Below, one piece after another: positions 57,494 to 64,000 of a stretch of 64,000 nt of DNA (its first letter is position 1; every line of letters starts with the position of its first letter). The translations under genes were made by a program, and so were the position numbers. The notes beneath the pieces are model-generated. The model did no database searches, was not told the origin of the DNA, and saw only the letters and a list, made by a program, of their open reading frames with translations. The stretch lies in the NCBI GenBank assembly GCA_951406725.2, contig OX597827.1, forward strand, positions 46,872,001-46,936,000. Reading direction: 5' to 3'. The DNA comes from Octopus vulgaris. Lineage: Eukaryota.

Positions 57494-57878
57494 ACATACA
57501 TACATACATACATACATACATACATACATACATACATACATGCATACATAATACATACATATACACATATCTAAAGATATACACATATAGATACACTAAA
57601 CACATAATCTCGAAAAGTTGAAGTGTTTCAGGCTAAAAAAACGCGTATTATGGAAATTGCCTTCCTCGGCAAAATTATGAAAGTTACAAAACTCTTCTGA
57701 AATGAAGCGTGGCAACTTTTTTTTGTCTTTTTAATTCTATCTCTTGCATATAAAATGGACGCGTCGCCGGTCCATCACAACGTGAAATGAAGTGTTTTGC
57801 TTAAGAACACAACGCGTTGCCCGGTCAAGGAATTGAAACCACAATCTTATGATCATGAAGGCTGACCGAATCAATAAG

Positions 57879-58188
57879 TGGAGGCGCATGGCCTAGTGGT
57901 TAGAGCAGCGGACCCGCGGTCGAGGGATCGTGGGTTCGAATCTTAGACCGGGCGATGGTGTGTTTATGAGTGAAAACACCTAAGCTCCACGCGTCTTTAG
58001 CAGAAGGAAATGGCGAGCTTCTGCTGACTCTTTTGCCACAACTTTCTCTCAGTCTTTCCTCCTGCATCTTGCGGCTCACCTGCGACGGACCGGTGTCCCG
58101 TCCAGGTGGGGTACCTACACGCTAAAGAAACCGGGAAATCGGCCCTTATAAGCCAGGGATGGCTCGAGAAGGAACAAACAAACAAAAC
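57879..58188 (+). mobile_element. tRNA-SINE family C variant
   Basis: tggaggcgcatggcctagtggttagagcagcgg..gggttcgaatc; (AAAC)n tail. Confidence 0.88.
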
Positions 58189-60980
58189 AATCTAAGCACT
58201 AAGCCACACGCTTCCACTGTGACAAGTAGAGGCTCCCTTAATAATTCTTTCTACTGGAGGCACAAGGCCTCAAAAATTTTGGGGACGGGACTTCGGCGGA
58301 TTTGAACTCAAATGGTATGGGCGGGTAAAATGCCGCTAACCATTTTACCTGGTGTGCTAACGATTCTTCCAGCTCTCCGCCTTTCAAAACTTAATGATAA
58401 TATTAACACGAAGTATATCCTCCGTTGTACTCGTGACTATTTGTGCCACATCACATCTCGCAGGCTACGCTGTTGCAATCCAAGAACAGGAGATAGCTAA
58501 GAAATACCTAGGGGACAAATGAGACAGCAAAGACCTTTCATTCCCAAGATAAAATCGTAACTATCGAATATTATCTCTCTTTTGTGATGGTCATAACACA
58601 TGTAATCAACAGGGGAAAATTTCCGACCTAATGCATTAGTAGAATATCATTTATCTTGGAAGGATAAATGGCAAAGATTCATCCAGGCTATGAACAAAAT
58701 TCGAAATCACAGAAGTTAATGAGGCTACCTCTGCGAGGTCATTCGATCGGACAGAAAGAGCAGTCAAATCTGCCTGAAATCAGGCTGTGCTAGCTTATAA
58801 GAGGACACAGTCCATAATGCGGTCTTGCATTCCTATAAAAAAAACAAAAACAAAGACGAATTGGTCGTGGTTGGAATGTCTTCAATAATAAGGCTGCTCG
58901 ATCGGGGATAACATGAGGCTAAACATCAACACCAGCAACAGCAATAACACCACCACCACGAACAAACGGAAAAGAATCCTCAGAAGAAACCTCTGTGATA
59001 TAGTTCGACTTATTAAAACTAAAAGCCAAATCTTCAAATCACTGCTATTTGAAAAAAGTTCATATTGTATGATGTAGATGCACTCTATAAATACGTGATT
59101 GTCATGTCTGGAATGTCTTTGATCACAAAAGGGGTTAAAATCACAAAAAGTTATTTACGAGATAGAAGGAACGTAATCAACTAAACACTTCGGTACATTT
59201 TAAATTCGATCCATCAGTTTTGTTTAAAGCAACGAGTATTTTAGTACTAACCACTAGGCAGCCGCTCTAGTAGCTGGACATAGCAGCCAAATATTAGTCA
59301 AATCCAATTTTATTAACTCAAGAAAATGAAGGATATATCAAATATCATAATGTTCTTCAAGATGCGTAATAAGTGGCTATAAACAACAGCAAAAAATCAA
59401 CAAACGTATTAATCCGTGATAATAATGACTGGATCATCTTGAATCATCGGGATGATTTATCAAAGATAACCTCAGATAAAACAACGTCAACAACTCTGAT
59501 ATTTGCTTTATCGATCCGGAAAACTCGGAAAGAAGAAATTTAAAATTGACCTTGACACGATTCGATCCCAGGACGTCTAGAGAAATAAGTAAATTCACCA
59601 CCCACCCTACCCTCAGGGTCGAGCGGTATTTGTCTGTCTAGCAATTATAACAACACACCGTCCGCCAGCGATGTATAATGTTGATATTATATTAAATAAA
59701 TATTTGTATATTGAAATATTTACATGGAAAAAAACCATGAGAGGATTCTCCGAGTTTATTTTTTGTTTTTTTTTGTTTTTTCTTTGTTTTCTTTTTAGTC
59801 ACGATTTCGCTTGAAACACAGATTTAATTAAGTTTTTCTTCCGTAGTATTTTTGTTGGGTTTTTAGTCGGTATTTTGAAATTTTTATTTATATATTCTTT
59901 GATTTATTTGTATTTGTGGTGTTTTGTTGAAAGAGGAGTCGGTAGAATTTTGTTGTGGTTTGTTTGTAGATTTTTTATAAAGAAAAACAAAACCCAAACA
60001 AACTGTTTTTACTAAAAGCTATAAACCTGTTACAAGTAAGTATTTTACATTTTTCCACCTCGTCTCCAACACTCATATCCCGTTTCTTATGATATATTTA
60101 TTAGCGTTCGTTGTCGTTTGAAAAACAGAAAGGAATGTAAACATAGGACTGTATTCAGTAGATATTTTATCTGAACTTCCGTGTATATATACGAAAATAC
60201 GGAACAGACGGAGAACATAAACTGATATAGAAAGACAAGAGAAATTAAGAAATAAGGAAAAGGGTGAATCTTATATTGAAAAGAAAAATATGAACGAGCT
60301 AGAGAGAGAGAGAAAGAGAGGGAGGGAGCGCACGAGAGAGTGAGAGAGTGGGTAGAGGAAAAAAGAAAGATGAAATAAGGAGAGAGAGAGAGTTGGGAAT
60401 AGGAGCTGAACGTGCTAGATTCTCTTGCTACTTAGATATAATAATAGCTAACGGAAGCACAATGCCATACATTTGAAGAGACGAGATAATCGATTGCAAC
60501 AACTTCTGTACGTGATTTGCACTTATTGAAAAACAAAGAGGTTGACCTCGGCGGACTTTGAGTATGGATCTCCGTCGGTTTCCAGGATGTGCGTTACGAT
60601 TAAATGTTCGAACAACAGAACTTGCAGAACTTTATAATTCTCGTTGAATTATGAAGTGTTGTTGTATATTCCGTATAACCCCGGGGCAGAACCGATACGG
60701 CACTCTGTATGATGAAACTGGAAACGTATAATTTCTCTCACAAGGCTATAGTAAAAGCCAATTGTCTGAACGGTCTTACATTGAAATCGAACACGTGACG
60801 TCATAATTGTGCTGATTGCTTAACCAATGGACCAAACAAATATCGTCAGAAACTTTAATCTGATGTCCTTGTTAAGATCTCTATCTTTCAAAATTGTATT
60901 AAGATGTGATCACTTCTCCATGCATTGATTTATTTCAAGAGAAATTCATGTGAGAAAACTGACAATGGAAACTGTGTTCT

Positions 60981-61591
60981 GTGTGATTCGAACTAGAAAC
61001 TTCTTTAGAGATTTCTATCGGTTTGTTTCGAGACGCATAAATTATAATGATTATCGACAAAAAAATTTTTTGTTTCGGCATATTTGGCATTAGAATTTTT
61101 CTTCTGCCCTTATCTTGTAAATTATGTATAAATTTTACCTTTAAAGGCATTTTTTGATATGCTGGCCATTGATATTATTTTTTTTCCGAAAAAATTTTTA
61201 TCCTATATTAATTATAAATAGATTAGTGTTCACTTCCGGATTCTATCACTCTGTGAAAGTTTCTAGTTCGAATCACACGTGTCTCGAGGTGCGCCGAAGA
61301 TTTTTCTATTTTGGATATATTTGGGGTACTTAAGTCTGCTCAGGACTTAGTGCTTGCTTTTTCCATGGGTATGAGTAAGTATTTCATTTATATCTCGCGT
61401 ATTTGCCGCTGAAGAGGGGAGAATTTCTTATGAATTAACCCCGAAATTGGACCAATACGGTAATAACGAATTTTTTAGAGATTTCTATCGGTTTGTTTCG
61501 AGACGCATAAATTATAATGGTTATCGACAAAAAAATTTTTGTTTCGGCATATTTGGCATTAGAATTTTTCTTCTGCCCTTATCTTGTAAAT

Positions 61592-61600
<9 letters not shown>
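60981..61600 (+). mobile_element. Penelope-like/retrozyme-like unit: ~125-bp direct repeats (~61004-61129, ~61474-61599) with a 22-bp inverted leader
   Basis: Direct repeat tttagagatttctatcgg...gtaaattatgtata with a 470-bp period; 60981-61002 is the reverse complement of 61257-61278; contains a complete hammerhead. Confidence 0.8.
61403..61463 (+). ncRNA. Complete type I hammerhead ribozyme
   Basis: ttgccg-CTGAAGA-gggg...cccc-GAA-attg-gac-caat-a-cggtaa: all three stems and the core are present; predicted cleavage after AUA at 61457. Confidence 0.8.
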
Positions 61601-61673
<73 letters not shown>

Positions 61674-61689
61674 GTCATATTGGACCACT

Positions 61690-61860
61690 GAACTCGACAC
61701 TTTTTTCTTTCTCTCTTTATTTTCTCATTCCATTCTCTCGAAGAACGTGGGTTCGAAACGTAAAAAACTTTTCCATTTGTATCGAGCGTCAAACTGATAC
61801 ACTTGCCTGTTGTTTCTACACCTGTCTTCGTTTTTATTTTTCTATAAATCTGAACTACAT
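61690..61860 (+). mobile_element. Penelope-like pseudo-LTR fragment with hammerhead-like motif at ~61733-61765
   Basis: CTCTCGAA-gaac-gtgg-gttc-GAAA-cgta; downstream acacctgtcttcgttttt shared with the 29270 family. Confidence 0.55.
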
Positions 61861-62048
61861 ATATATAATTACATAGGCACACATGTCCATATACGCATAA
61901 AAATGCATGAATACATACTTATGTGTATGTACGTACGTACGTAGTATGTCTGTCTGCCTATATGCATGTATATGTGTAGATATCTATCTCTATCAATCTA
62001 TATATTTTTAATACCCGTATATAAATATCTACATTTATTTACATCTAA

Positions 62049-62116
<68 letters not shown>

Positions 62117-62327
62117 GAATCCATATATTTAAGTAAATAATATCACAAATAAAAATTCCACTCCACCTCCTGGAAAAAAAACGAAGCAAAATCGAAAAGA
62201 AAGAGTTATTTATACATTATTTATACATTATAATACAGATATTTTATTCAATACAACTTTGATATTTTCCCGATATAAGATGAAACTATATCTATCTAGA
62301 AACCCTGGAAGTGATAAATAAGTTTTA

Positions 62328-62430
<103 letters not shown>

Positions 62431-63262
62431 TTAATAATCATTATAATACAACCCACGAACAGTATGATACAAAAAATCAAATATAAAAATGCTAACGAAA
62501 ATGGAGGAGGTTGGATCGGAATAAAAAGTTTTTAAAATAATGTGTTAACACTAAAGAAAATTTATATCAATCTTAAAAGGAAAAAAAAAATGAAAAAAGA
62601 AAAATACAATGATTAAAATTTCATCCATGTTTGACTTTCAGCTGAAGTCGTTTATAAATTTACAAAAGTTCAAAAATAAGTTTCGTTACTTTCATTCTTT
62701 GTTCTTTTATTCGGTATTTACGACCAGTCTGAAAATATATTTCCACTATTTCTTAAAGAACAAACACAAGAAATATATAAGACAAATCATTAAAAAAAAA
62801 AAAAATCAGGTGTATACTTTTTTTTGTTCTGAACAAGAGACACCATGTACCTTGTACGTAACAAAAGAGACGAATCTTTAAAGAAATTAAACAACAATTT
62901 TTTTTTCTGTCGTGCTTTCTGTTAGTTTGTTTGTGTCTCTTGTGATATCTCCTCCCCTCCACGCTGTTTTTGCTTCTTCTTTGTATTTTAAAATTGTTTC
63001 CAAAATTAAATTCTTGCCGAACAAACTTGTTTTATTCACCCAACAGATTAAATTGAATAATGATGTTGTGCTCATACGAAAATAGAACTTTCATGTATGT
63101 ATGTATGTATGTATGTATGTATGTATGTATGTATGTATGTATGTATGTATGTATGTATGTATGTATGTATGTATGTGAATGTATACAGTATGTCAATATG
63201 TATGAATGTGTGTATATATATATATATTTATATATATATATATATATATATTTGTGCGTATG

Positions 63263-63310
<48 letters not shown>

Positions 63311-63398
63311 AGTGCATATGTAAGTGGGTGTGTATATATATGTATATGTATGAATACATAGATATACATAATATACACGAACATATATACAGACAAAG

Positions 63399-63455
<57 letters not shown>

Positions 63456-63470
63456 ATATATATATATATG

Positions 63471-63542
<72 letters not shown>

Positions 63543-64000
63543 TACATATGCTTGTGTAAAATTTTATTTGCCCGCAACATCGTATTTGTATAAATTCAGG
63601 CATTTTAGTTTTTTGTATCTTTTGGTAAAATATAACGTTTGATATAAGTTTGATGTATTCCATTGAAATTTTATTTTTGAAATTTCTTTGGTGTAATTTT
63701 GTATTCCTTATCTTAAAACTTTCTTATTGTCCCTACCCAACGAAAATATACTCTTTCAACTTTCTTTATGATATGAAATTGAAAGAAACTGGAAAAAATA
63801 TAAGACTGAAATAAAAAAAAAAAATCATTCAAAATAAAACAATCTTACTAAAATTACAGATTAACAGATAAATAATTACGCCTTCATACATACATACATA
63901 CATACATACATACATACATACATACATACATACATACATACATACATACATACATACATACATACATGCATGCATGCATGCATACATACATACATACATA

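Overview
This window is AT-rich, microsatellite-saturated eukaryotic non-coding DNA. The repeat families (tRNA-SINEs with internal microsatellites, RTE, Dong/R4, Penelope-like) suggest a coleoid cephalopod, probably Octopus; this is an inference. No intact host protein-coding gene is supported, and almost all listed ORFs are translations of (TA)n, (TATG)n, (TATC)n or (CA)n repeats. Contents: at least four tRNA-derived SINE families in many copies; a full-length but inactivated mariner (34990-36266); two non-autonomous Helitrons and a Helitron Pif1-helicase fragment; MITEs; a (TAA)n-embedded cluster of Dong/R4 RLE-retrotransposon pieces with two copies of a 554-bp non-coding element; Penelope-like fragments with about 12 hammerhead-ribozyme-like motifs and inverted repeats. 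The standout is an RTE-LINE 3' fragment (5884-6380, minus) with three C2H2 fingers and a dense, strand-specific A-to-G signature. It looks like an ADAR hyper-edited RNA reverse-transcribed into the genome. All calls were made by eye; boundaries are approximate unless exact motifs are quoted.
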